Origin: a virus
Reading direction: 5' to 3' (one strand)
Virus record (IMG/VR): IMGVR_UViG_3300022562_000333
Span: 19,251-83,250 of that record
DNA length: 64,000 nucleotides
Position 1 is the first letter of the stretch; each line of letters starts with the position of its first letter. Of the stretch, positions 19,957-28,746 are shown piece after piece. Below the pieces are notes generated by a model. It saw only the letters and a list, made by a program, of their open reading frames with translations. It was not told where the DNA came from and did no database searches. A program made the translations under genes and the position numbers.

Positions 19957-21161
19957 GAGAACGTACCTTCTGGTTCGACGGTCACGTTGCCGCTTTCGTC
20001 CAGGTGAAAGTCATCGATCGTGCGGAACATACCCACTTCCTTGCGGTCCGCCGACGCTGGGACGATCAGGATGTGGAACTCGACCTCGTTGTTCTTGACC
20101 TTCTCCACGAGGTCGATCATGTGGTTCAGGTTGATGTTGAAGCTCCAGTCACGGGCCTCGATCATCTCCGTTTCACCCTCTTTCTTGGGGCGAACCCTGA
20201 CCGGGATGCTGTCCGTCTTGGACGTCCCTTCCGAAACGCCGAACTGAAGCTGACGCCTCTCGTGGTTGAAGATGATCTTGATCTTGTCGCGGTCCTTGTC
20301 CAACTCACTACGCGTGTACTTGAGTGAGTTGAGGAATTGGACCTTGTCGATGAGAAAGATGTTCTTGTCGTTCTTGAGAGCGTAGTATTTGAACTGGGGA
20401 TGGCTCTTGGCGTGCTTGGGCCAACCGAGCACCTGACCCGAAACGTTCTCCAAGAACGTGAAGTGAGAGCCGATTCGGAACGTCACCTTGCCAGCGCTCT
20501 TGCTGAGAAACTGCTGGAGGGGGCCGAGGTGTTGTCCGTGGACCTCGACACCTTTGCCGGCGAAGGCGTCGCACCAGAAGTAGTAGGCGCGAACGGAGTC
20601 GGCTGCGAAGAGGTGACCGTCACCCTTGGCGTGTTCAGGCTTCGAGCCGTCGAACACCTGAACCGCCTTGTACTGCTCTTCCGCCTTGGTGTCCGAAGCC
20701 TCTGCCATAAACGGCTTCGCCATGTCGATGGCCTGCCTGAGAATGGCCGTGGGGTAGTCGTACGTCGTCGTGGTGGCCTTCAGATCGTCATCACACGTCG
20801 AGAGGAGCCGTGGACTGAATGAGCTTCGCTCCGTACGAGCACCGTTGCCCGCTTCGTAGCGAACGATGAACCGCTCATCCTCCTTAGCTTCCGCCTCGAA
20901 GGTGAGGTTTTGCCCATCGAGGTAGTTGAGAGCTTCGATGTACTCGGCCGGGTAGACGAACTGGCCGTCCCCGTCCGACTCCTCCAGCTTGAGGTTGGCT
21001 CGGGCGACACACTGATCGTTCCGAGAGTAGACCTGGCAATCGAGCCCGGTCACCACGAAGAGGTACCCGGCTCCCCCTTGAGGGGTCACGGGTCGCGGCT
21101 TGACGATCTTGACGAGGTCGAGCGCTGCGATCAAATTCGACGCGTTGAGTTTGATTTTCAT
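19920..21161 (-). CDS. DNA sliding clamp (beta-like)
   Basis: 413 aa three-domain pattern; LFAADSVRA resembles the beta-clamp VATDGHR motif; clamp-loader genes nearby. Confidence 0.6.
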   Translation of the reverse strand: MKIKLNASNLIAALDLVKIVKPRPVTPQGGAGYLFVVTGLDCQVYSRNDQCVARANLKLEESDGDGQFVYPAEYIEALNYLDGQNLTFEAEAKEDERFIVRYEAGNGARTERSSFSPRLLSTCDDDLKATTTTYDYPTAILRQAIDMAKPFMAEASDTKAEEQYKAVQVFDGSKPEHAKGDGHLFAADSVRAYYFWCDAFAGKGVEVHGQHLGPLQQFLSKSAGKVTFRIGSHFTFLENVSGQVLGWPKHAKSHPQFKYYALKNDKNIFLIDKVQFLNSLKYTRSELDKDRDKIKIIFNHERRQLQFGVSEGTSKTDSIPVRVRPKKEGETEMIEARDWSFNINLNHMIDLVEKVKNNEVEFHILIVPASADRKEVGMFRTIDDFHLDESGNVTVEPEGTFSCRVTRFMPSKE

Positions 21162-21168
21162 CTGTTCC

Positions 21169-21456
21169 TCACTTCTTGTCGTAAGCGCTCAGGTTGGTCT
21201 CGGCTTCCACAAGGCCCTTCTCGAACTCCTCGATGAGAGACTCAAGCTCTTGCTGCACCTTGTTGCGGTCCTCGACGAGCGTTTTGGGGTTATACCCCGC
21301 CGCCTGGATCTCCTTGACGAGAGCGGCTAGCTCATCCCGCTTGGATCGAAGCTCACCACCCAACTCCGCCTTGCGTTTTATGAGGTGGCCGTGCCGCGTT
21401 TGAAGGTCTTGGATCTTCTCGTTTAGTTCTTCTGGGGAGCGCATGGGGGTCCTCAC
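21169..21456 (-). CDS. Coiled-coil hypothetical protein
   Basis: 95 aa with heptad pattern. Confidence 0.65.
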   Translation of the reverse strand: MRTPMRSPEELNEKIQDLQTRHGHLIKRKAELGGELRSKRDELAALVKEIQAAGYNPKTLVEDRNKVQQELESLIEEFEKGLVEAETNLSAYDKK

Positions 21457-22406
21457 TCGTCGTCAAGGCATAGACCTGGTTCTACTACACCGGGTTTCGG
21501 AAGTGCTACTCGGGACTTGCGCCGAAATGAAGCCACCTTCTTGGCCCCATCTTCGCAACGTTCCACGTAGGCGCAGAGACGGCAGTGATCCCCAGCTTGC
21601 GCCGGGAACCTTTCCTGTCGAAGCTCATCGTGACTTTGGATGAGCCCGGAAACCTTCTCTAGCTCAGAGACGGATGACCCGATGCGATTCATCGTGGCCA
21701 GGATCTCGTTCTGGAGGGCGTTGAGGTCCGCGTTCGTGAACTGGACCCACTCGATGGCCCGCTCGTCCTCGAACATCCAGAAGACGTACCCGATCTTGTC
21801 AGGGATCACGTTCAACTTGGCTCGGTGAAGCATGGCGTACCACTTGAGCTGCGTACCTTGGATCTTCTGGCCGGGCTTCAACTCCTTGCCATCGACGTAC
21901 TTCTCCCGCCACTTGGAGCCCTTACCATCGAGGATCACGAGATCCTCGTGGGGGGCGATACGCTTGATCACGAAGTCGGCGCGACCCCCAATCATGTGCT
22001 CAGCGAAACGATGGTCGAGCTTCATCTCAGCCACCGCATGAGTGCCCAGAAGGCGGTTCTGGCGGATCGTCTTGACCCCTCGGGGGACAGCTTCCTTCGC
22101 AGCGGAGATGACTTCCTCGCGGCTGTGGTAGTTCGACTTCTCGTCGTGCCAGTCGTACACGCGACCCTTCTGGTCCTTCATCGCCATGTCGAGTGACGGC
22201 TCAACGAGCGATAGGAGGTAGTCCAGGTAGTCCACCCGGCGCCAAAGACGGTCTCGATAGAACGCCTCGAAGACCAGACCCACGGTGCTCCCGTAGAGCG
22301 CGTTCACCCCGTTCTCGGCGGAAACCAACGTCTTGTTGACGTATCTGTTCCAATAAGCGAACGGGCATTCGCCGTACATCTTGAACCCGGAATAGGAGAG
22401 GTACAC
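21453..22406 (-). CDS. PD-(D/E)XK RecB-family nuclease
   Basis: LSYSGFKMYGECP, GRADFV, ILDGKG, QLKWYA, CRLCAYVERC. Confidence 0.85.
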   Translation of the reverse strand: MYLSYSGFKMYGECPFAYWNRYVNKTLVSAENGVNALYGSTVGLVFEAFYRDRLWRRVDYLDYLLSLVEPSLDMAMKDQKGRVYDWHDEKSNYHSREEVISAAKEAVPRGVKTIRQNRLLGTHAVAEMKLDHRFAEHMIGGRADFVIKRIAPHEDLVILDGKGSKWREKYVDGKELKPGQKIQGTQLKWYAMLHRAKLNVIPDKIGYVFWMFEDERAIEWVQFTNADLNALQNEILATMNRIGSSVSELEKVSGLIQSHDELRQERFPAQAGDHCRLCAYVERCEDGAKKVASFRRKSRVALPKPGVVEPGLCLDDE

Positions 22407-22412
22407 GGTGGG

Positions 22413-23390
22413 TCACCCTACGGAGTCGACAAGTTCCAGGTAACGGAGAGCTTCCTCTCGCACGTTGTCGGCGAAATTCAGGCCCCGGATGTTGGCTTCG
22501 ATGGAGGAGTTGGGGTCGATCACCCCATCTGAGAGAAGCTGGAGAACGAACTGATCGATGTCCCGACGTTCCTTCTCTTGGGCGGCCTTCTTCTCCAGGT
22601 CGAAGACCTCCTCGGCGGGAGCAACGGAGAGCGGGATGACCGTCACCTTGACATCACCCCCATCGATCTCGACGAGAGCTACCTGCGGGGTTCGTTGAAG
22701 GTTCTCCCTTACGAGGGCTCCACGTGAGACAGCCCCGACGTTGATGAACTGGCGGCCGTGGATGACCTCTACTCCTTGGTCCTTGTGCCAGTGCCCAAAG
22801 CACCACGCATCGGGGCCGTTGCGGCTTATGAGGGCCTCGTACGGGAACACGGGCTCGTTGAAGAAGTCCTCTGCTTGAGCTGGGGGCTTCTTACCGGCGA
22901 GAGCGTGGACCATCGCGATGAGGTGGGTATCGCCAGGCTGCTTCTGGATCTTGAGCAGGTCGTCCAGGGTTCGAGTCGGGCTGTAAGGGACTCCTACGAC
23001 CCGTACTTGAAGGTTTCCGTCGTTGAAGACCTGCTCCCGGAGTTGGTGGAACACGCCGCTGGCATACAAGACGCCCAGAGGTTGCTTCCCCAGGGTCTCC
23101 AGGTTGTTGAACGAGATGTCGTGGTTGCCTTCGATTTCGTATACGGGGCATGGGTAACCCCGGTGAACGCGAGCTGACTTCTCCACTAAGGCATGCGAGT
23201 TTTTCGACGACGCCTTGACGTGGAAGTAGTCCCCCGCATCGAGAACGGCCGTGGCTTCTCTAGCCTTAGCGATGGCGCCAATCTGTTCGAGGTTGCTCCA
23301 AATCTCGGCTGGGTAGTCACCCTTCCAAGAAATGGGGCTCCGATCCGAGACATGAACGTCCGTCCTCGTGAGGAAGGCGAGTCTAGGCAT
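22413..23390 (-). CDS. SbcD/Mre11-like metallophosphoesterase
   Basis: TDVH, AGDYFH, GNHD, GHWH. Confidence 0.85.
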   Translation of the reverse strand: MPRLAFLTRTDVHVSDRSPISWKGDYPAEIWSNLEQIGAIAKAREATAVLDAGDYFHVKASSKNSHALVEKSARVHRGYPCPVYEIEGNHDISFNNLETLGKQPLGVLYASGVFHQLREQVFNDGNLQVRVVGVPYSPTRTLDDLLKIQKQPGDTHLIAMVHALAGKKPPAQAEDFFNEPVFPYEALISRNGPDAWCFGHWHKDQGVEVIHGRQFINVGAVSRGALVRENLQRTPQVALVEIDGGDVKVTVIPLSVAPAEEVFDLEKKAAQEKERRDIDQFVLQLLSDGVIDPNSSIEANIRGLNFADNVREEALRYLELVDSVG

Positions 23391-24609
23391 GGAGGTGACG
23401 CCCCGATTGAACCGGCTGCGTACAGGTTGGGCACACGCCGAGAGCGTCCACCTCGCCTTGAACGAGCTTCTCCTCCGCCTCGGTAGCGTCCAGCTCGGCC
23501 TGAACCTGCTGAATCGACTTCGTGATGGAGGTATGTTTGGAAGCGAACCGCGTCAGCTCCCGGAGCTTGTCCCGGTTCGTTTCGAGAGGGTCGAGCGCCG
23601 GCAAGATGATCTTCTCCGCTGCCTCAAGAGCGGTGAACCTCGCCTTGTAGGAGCGCATCCGTTGGATCCACTTGTCCAGTTGGCGGATCTTGTCGATGAC
23701 CTCTTGGAGTCCCTCGATGGCGGGAACCAAACCGAGGAACTTGTCGACCCATGAAAGGTTCTTGAAGTCCTCCACCCGTCTGTTTAATTCGTTGGCGAAC
23801 TTTGTGAGCAGCGTCGCCTTCTTGGACTGTGTGAGGACGGTCTCCAAGTCGGGTACTGCTACCGAGTTGATCTCCCAGAGCGCTTTGAGTCGAGCAACCA
23901 GAGCCCCGGTCGTGGTGATGTATCGGTCCAACACGGTGACGCGTTGAGCCTCTGATTCCACCCTAACCAGAGCACGGACGGCTGACTCCGTCTTGTCGAG
24001 AGCCGCGTCTAGGCCATCGTACGCGGCAAGTCGAACACGAAGCTCCTCCGCATCCTTCTCGCGGATCTTCTTGGTAGATACGACTTCCCGTCGATCCTTC
24101 TCCACCATCTTCGTGGCAGCGGTCACCCGGTCAAGACGAGCCACATCGGAGATGGCCTCCGCTACGGCTGGCCCAGACTGGTTGAGCAGGAAGATGGGGA
24201 AGAACTGGTCCGCAACCTGGATGCTGCCGACGTCATCCCCAACTTTGACTGGAGCGAAGCCGCTCGTGATGAGGAAGTCGGGGATGCCCTGCCCAGGCTT
24301 GTCGTAGACCTGCCCGTTGAACGTGTATTTGTTGACGGAGTCACCCTTCTCCCAGAGAAGGTCAAACCCTTCTGCCTTGAGGCGAACCGTCGTCTGACAC
24401 TTGCACGTCTTGGCCCCACGAACGGACCGAGCGCAGTAGGTGGTATGGCGTACGAACGAGGTCCCGAGGGAGTTGGTGAGGGCGCACTTGATGGCCCTCA
24501 CCACGGCTGACTTCCCGATGTTGGAGCGACCAACAAGGGCTGTAAAGCCGTCAATACGAATCGAGACTTGCTCGATTGATTGAAACCCCCGTATTTCGAC
24601 CTCAACCAT
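23383..24609 (-). CDS. SbcC/Rad50-like ATPase, N-terminal half with zinc hook
   Basis: FQSI..GRSNIGKS Walker A, coiled coil, terminal CPTC. Confidence 0.85.
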   Translation of the reverse strand: MVEVEIRGFQSIEQVSIRIDGFTALVGRSNIGKSAVVRAIKCALTNSLGTSFVRHTTYCARSVRGAKTCKCQTTVRLKAEGFDLLWEKGDSVNKYTFNGQVYDKPGQGIPDFLITSGFAPVKVGDDVGSIQVADQFFPIFLLNQSGPAVAEAISDVARLDRVTAATKMVEKDRREVVSTKKIREKDAEELRVRLAAYDGLDAALDKTESAVRALVRVESEAQRVTVLDRYITTTGALVARLKALWEINSVAVPDLETVLTQSKKATLLTKFANELNRRVEDFKNLSWVDKFLGLVPAIEGLQEVIDKIRQLDKWIQRMRSYKARFTALEAAEKIILPALDPLETNRDKLRELTRFASKHTSITKSIQQVQAELDATEAEEKLVQGEVDALGVCPTCTQPVQSGRHLHA

Positions 24610-25859
24610 TACGCTCCCTCAGCAGGAGCCGCCTCCATACCCTCGACTTCCACCTCAGCGATCAAGTTGTCGATGGCCTCCGTGTCCACGGTGTCATCGG
24701 CGAGGTCGTCATCCCCGATGTCCTCCCGACCGTCCGAAACGATGTCCTCGTCTTCGACGTTCCCTTGGATCGTCTGCGGAGCCTCAGAGAGTAGAGCTGC
24801 GTTGACCTTCTTACGGAGGTCGGCGGCGGCTTTGGGGTTGTCCACGAGGTACTGACGGACTTGGTTCTTGCCTCGAAACGCCTCGCCGTTGAACTCGTAG
24901 CTCGACCCCGATTGCTTGATGAGCTTGCGAGGGATCGCCGACTCGATGAGGGACAGGTACTCGTCGAGCCCATGGCCGTAGCGGATGAAGACCTCGGCGT
25001 TGTGGCCTTGCTTGCCGTCGAGCTTGTTCTTGGCGACCTTGATCTGGACGACGTTACCGAAGGGGATCCGCTTCTTCTTGAGCGTCACCGGATCCTTGGT
25101 CTCGATGTAGTCCGAACGAGTCCTCGTGAGCTTGAGGCGGTGGCTCGCGTAGAACTTGACGGCCTTACCCCCAGCCGTGTTGTCATCCTCCCCAGCGTGG
25201 CTGCCCGCCTTGATCAAGGAACGGGTCTGGTTGATGAGCATGACGACCGTGTTCTTGTCCTTGAGCCACTGAACCATCTTGGAGAGGTTCTGGCTCATGG
25301 CGCGGGCAAGGGCGCCGATGCGGGCCTCTTCGTCGAGCTTCTTGTCCAGCTCAGACTTGGGGACCATCGCCGCAACAGAGTCGACCACGACGAGGTCAAA
25401 TCCGTGGTGGATGGCGAGGTAGAGCATCTTGTACCCTTCCTCAAGGTTGTCGGGGGCGAAGCAGGTGGACTGCTTGTTGTCGAACTTGACGCCGATCGCC
25501 TTGGCGTACCCGTGGTGGATGGCGTTCTCGAAGTCGAGGTACATGCTGGTACCACCAGCCTTCTGGGTGGCAGCGACGGCTCCGAGGGCGAGGGTGGTCT
25601 TCCCGCTCGACTCTGCACCGAAGACCTCGATGACCCGACCACGAGCGTAACCAGGACAGATCATGCCGCTACCGTCAGGGAGCGGGGTACCCCCGAGGAG
25701 GTTGTCGATCTGGATAATCCCCGAGGGGATGTGCGGGAACGTTGTCGTGATCGAGTTGGTGGGCTTCTGGCCCGTGACCTTGGCGATGTGAGCGAGCGTG
25801 AGCTTCATTACATCGGACGGCTTGGTTGGCTTCTTGGCGGCAGCGGCTTTGGTGGTCAT
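24609..25859 (-). CDS. recA: Recombinase RecA
   Basis: GAESSGKTT, VVVDSVAA, INQTR, GGKAVKFYAS. Confidence 0.95.
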   Translation of the reverse strand: MTTKAAAAKKPTKPSDVMKLTLAHIAKVTGQKPTNSITTTFPHIPSGIIQIDNLLGGTPLPDGSGMICPGYARGRVIEVFGAESSGKTTLALGAVAATQKAGGTSMYLDFENAIHHGYAKAIGVKFDNKQSTCFAPDNLEEGYKMLYLAIHHGFDLVVVDSVAAMVPKSELDKKLDEEARIGALARAMSQNLSKMVQWLKDKNTVVMLINQTRSLIKAGSHAGEDDNTAGGKAVKFYASHRLKLTRTRSDYIETKDPVTLKKKRIPFGNVVQIKVAKNKLDGKQGHNAEVFIRYGHGLDEYLSLIESAIPRKLIKQSGSSYEFNGEAFRGKNQVRQYLVDNPKAAADLRKKVNAALLSEAPQTIQGNVEDEDIVSDGREDIGDDDLADDTVDTEAIDNLIAEVEVEGMEAAPAEGA

Positions 25860-26512
25860 GGCGGGGACTCCGGGAGTTTGGAAAATCTGAAGAAACGCTC
25901 ATCCTCTCGGTACAAGGTCCCGAGTTGGCGCGTCTCGCCCGCATGCCGGCCCTTAGAGTAGGTCTTTTCCTTGAGGAACGTGTGCGCCTCCGATGGGAGA
26001 AGTACGTCCTTGTCGATACGACCTTCAAGAAGGAGCCAAAAGCGGGCGGCAAATCTAGCGATATGGTAGGCGTCGGCTTCGTCGCTATTCCACCGAGAGA
26101 TCCCGGTATCAGCTTTCGCCATCGCCACCATATCGGCCTTGAACATCTTCCCTCTACGGACGGTCGGGTCCTCTTTGGCAAGGGACTTGACCGTCGATGG
26201 GTCGAAGTACACCACGTCCTTTCGGCGGGTGTAGATCGCCTCATTTACATAGAGGAACAGACCATAGAGACCCTCGGACCACAGTTCCCCGAACGGGGGT
26301 GACTCGACCCCGACGATTTGAATTTCAGGCCAATCGTCGATCAGGTCTCCGACGCACTCACGGAGGCCCATGTACCTTTCGACGAACACGTCACTGGACG
26401 GGCTCGCAAAGCGCCCCTTGTCGACAACGCGCTTCTTACCGAAGGCGTCGGCGTCATGCAGGCACCATCCGAAACCCGTCAGCGACGGGTCCAGCCCAAG
26501 GGACAGGAACAT
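25856..26512 (-). CDS. RuvC-like Holliday junction resolvase
   Basis: GLDPSLTGFG, GVE, DEADA. Confidence 0.85.
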   Translation of the reverse strand: MFLSLGLDPSLTGFGWCLHDADAFGKKRVVDKGRFASPSSDVFVERYMGLRECVGDLIDDWPEIQIVGVESPPFGELWSEGLYGLFLYVNEAIYTRRKDVVYFDPSTVKSLAKEDPTVRRGKMFKADMVAMAKADTGISRWNSDEADAYHIARFAARFWLLLEGRIDKDVLLPSEAHTFLKEKTYSKGRHAGETRQLGTLYREDERFFRFSKLPESPP

Positions 26513-26576
26513 CCGTTTACGGAGACGGGGGCCGAAGGTCGGGTAAGACCCCCGACCCCCTCGCCTCGCCTCCTAC

Positions 26577-27431
26577 TCAGACGTTACCGAGGACGTTGGA
26601 GAAGTCCTCGTTGGAGAAGTCCGAGCCCGGCGCCGCAGTACCGCCGCCACCCGGCAACCCCAGCTTCTCGCGAAGCTCGTCTGTGCTCATCTCCCGGAAG
26701 GGCTTGAGCTTGTCCCCGTAGAAGGTGATGGCCTTCTCCAAGATGCGCCGCTTGAACGGCTCGTTCCGGAGGTAGATCGCCGGCCCTGCCTGGGTGATCG
26801 TGATCTTCTGGAACTGGGTATCGGAGCACGACAGGTGGAGGTCGATCCCGGAAAGGGAGCTTCCACCCTCTTGAAGACCCCTGTTGATCTTCCGAAGCAC
26901 GTCGTACTTGTCCGGAGAGAAGCGCCAGGGCTTGATCTGCCACTTCTTGCCGAGCGCGTCCTTGTCCACCTCACCCTCCCGGTCAGTCGGGTAGATGAGG
27001 AGGAGCGTGATGACGTAGTCCCGCTTCTCGCCCAGCTTGCTCCAGACCTTCAACTCCTCGGGTGTCACGTTCTTCGGCCACGTGACGTACCCGATGTCCT
27101 TCTTGAAAGACGACGAGACGGTCTTCACACGCGCTTCGCTCGTGTCGAGAAGGTCAACCTGATCGAGCTGGTCGACGCTCTTTCCGAGCTTCTCGGCCAA
27201 CGTCTGACGGACCTTCGCGACGAGAGCCTTGCGCTGCTCTTCGTTGAGGTCCGGCTTCTGGCGAACAGCCTTCCGAAGCTGCGTCACCTCGAAGCTGTTG
27301 AAGTACACGAGAGCGACGCGGTCCGTACGACCCTTCTCTCCCTTGTACCAGTCGGTCTGGTTCGAGTTGACCTTGCCCTTGTCCTCGTCACCAAAACCAA
27401 TGTCATCATCCAAATCGATATCGTCGCTCAT
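26577..27431 (-). CDS. Putative single-stranded DNA-binding protein (gp32-like)
   Basis: Position in recombination block; DLHLSCSDTQFQKITI; acidic tail ending DFSNVLGNV. Confidence 0.55.
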   Translation of the reverse strand: MSDDIDLDDDIGFGDEDKGKVNSNQTDWYKGEKGRTDRVALVYFNSFEVTQLRKAVRQKPDLNEEQRKALVAKVRQTLAEKLGKSVDQLDQVDLLDTSEARVKTVSSSFKKDIGYVTWPKNVTPEELKVWSKLGEKRDYVITLLLIYPTDREGEVDKDALGKKWQIKPWRFSPDKYDVLRKINRGLQEGGSSLSGIDLHLSCSDTQFQKITITQAGPAIYLRNEPFKRRILEKAITFYGDKLKPFREMSTDELREKLGLPGGGGTAAPGSDFSNEDFSNVLGNV

Positions 27432-27604
27432 GGCAGCTCCTTGAACGTGCCTCCCGGATACTCACTGAGGGATTGCCGGAAAGGCTGGTTGTGGACTTGC
27501 TACGTGCGGCACACCAACTTGGACGTTGGTTTGAGGTGACCCTCGGACTTACTGGTCGGGTGGCGTACCGCTCTGTTGGGTACACCACACAAGCTGAAAA
27601 CCGA

Positions 27605-28696
27605 TCAGAGGTTCTTGAGGATGTCCGAGAAGTCGAAGTCGTCATCCCCGCTAGCAGGCGCAGACTTCGCTGGTTTCGGAGCCTCTGCTTTCTTGTCAGC
27701 CGTTTTACCGTTCTTTGAGGAAGTGCCGTTTGTTTTTGGCGCTTCTTCCTTGTCAAGAAAGGCAGCGACTTCCGATTCCGCGACAGACGACGAGGTTTCA
27801 GGAGCCTTCTGCTCCACGGCCTCGGTTTTCACCGCAGGTTTCGGAGCTGCTTCTGGCGTCGCGGACGACCCGGCAGCGACCTCGGCGAGAATGTCGTCGA
27901 TCGGATCTGGTACCGCTTTTGGTTCCGGCTTGGTTTCAACAGGCTCAGGCTTCGCCTCTACCACAGGTTCGGGTTCAGGCTTGGGCTCGGGCTTCACCTC
28001 TACTACGGGTTCGGCCTTGGGTTCCGGCTTCGCCTCGGCCTTGGGTTCCGGCTTCGCCTCGGGCTCAGGCTTCGCCTCAACGGGAGCCTCACCCTCGTCT
28101 GAGTTGTCCGCCTCAGACGTGTTCGACTCTTGAGACAAGAGGCGCTGGATCTCATCCTCGTCGATCCCATCGTCGACTGGCAAGGGCCGACCCTTGCTGT
28201 CACGGGGACCGCTAAACTCGTCCCCGTACCCAGTCCCCGTAACCCGGTCGGCCAGGAGCAGGGAGCGTTGGGTCTTGATGTTGTCGCTCGTCCGAACAAG
28301 CTCTTGGTGTCGAAGTCGGACCGCCTTCTCGATCGTCTCCAAGTCAAGAAGCTGCTGATCCAGTTCGCTGATACGAGACACCCGAGCCGCAAGAAGAACG
28401 TTGGCCTGAGCCTCACGGTCCTTGATATTCGGAGCGGCCTTGATCGCAGCGTTCTCCGCGAGGAGTTGGCTCAGCTCGACCTGATACCCGGCCTTCTCGG
28501 CAGCGAGATCCTTGGCAACCCCTCGCTTCTCTCGCTGGATTTCGAGCAGGATGGCCGTGACCCGGTTCTGGTAGTTGCGACACGTGGCAACCACTTGGTT
28601 GATGTACCGGGGGCCGAGCACCGTGGGATCGGGTTCCAGCTCGATCGCCATGCCGAAGATTTCGTCGTAAATCTGCTCAACACGTTTCAGTTCCAT
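27605..28696 (-). CDS. Coiled-coil protein with P/E/K-rich tail (possible recombination mediator)
   Basis: Start re-set to MELKRV; acidic tail DDDFDFSDILKNL. Confidence 0.6.
   Translation of the reverse strand: MELKRVEQIYDEIFGMAIELEPDPTVLGPRYINQVVATCRNYQNRVTAILLEIQREKRGVAKDLAAEKAGYQVELSQLLAENAAIKAAPNIKDREAQANVLLAARVSRISELDQQLLDLETIEKAVRLRHQELVRTSDNIKTQRSLLLADRVTGTGYGDEFSGPRDSKGRPLPVDDGIDEDEIQRLLSQESNTSEADNSDEGEAPVEAKPEPEAKPEPKAEAKPEPKAEPVVEVKPEPKPEPEPVVEAKPEPVETKPEPKAVPDPIDDILAEVAAGSSATPEAAPKPAVKTEAVEQKAPETSSSVAESEVAAFLDKEEAPKTNGTSSKNGKTADKKAEAPKPAKSAPASGDDDFDFSDILKNL
27920..28090 (-). repeat. Tandem repeats encoding (EAKPEPK)n
   Basis: Recurrent ggcttcgcctc / ggttccggct units. Confidence 0.75.
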
Positions 28697-28746
28697 GCGG
28701 TGCCTCGAAGGTGGGGGATCAGACCCCACAAAGACACCGGATGGCT

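Noticed and set aside
21453-22406. Cas4 of a CRISPR system
   Set aside because: It lies in a recombination operon with no cas1 or array; a generic RecB-family nuclease.
27920-28090. CRISPR-like repeats
   Set aside because: In-frame low-complexity peptide repeats without unique spacers; no CRISPR array seen in the window.
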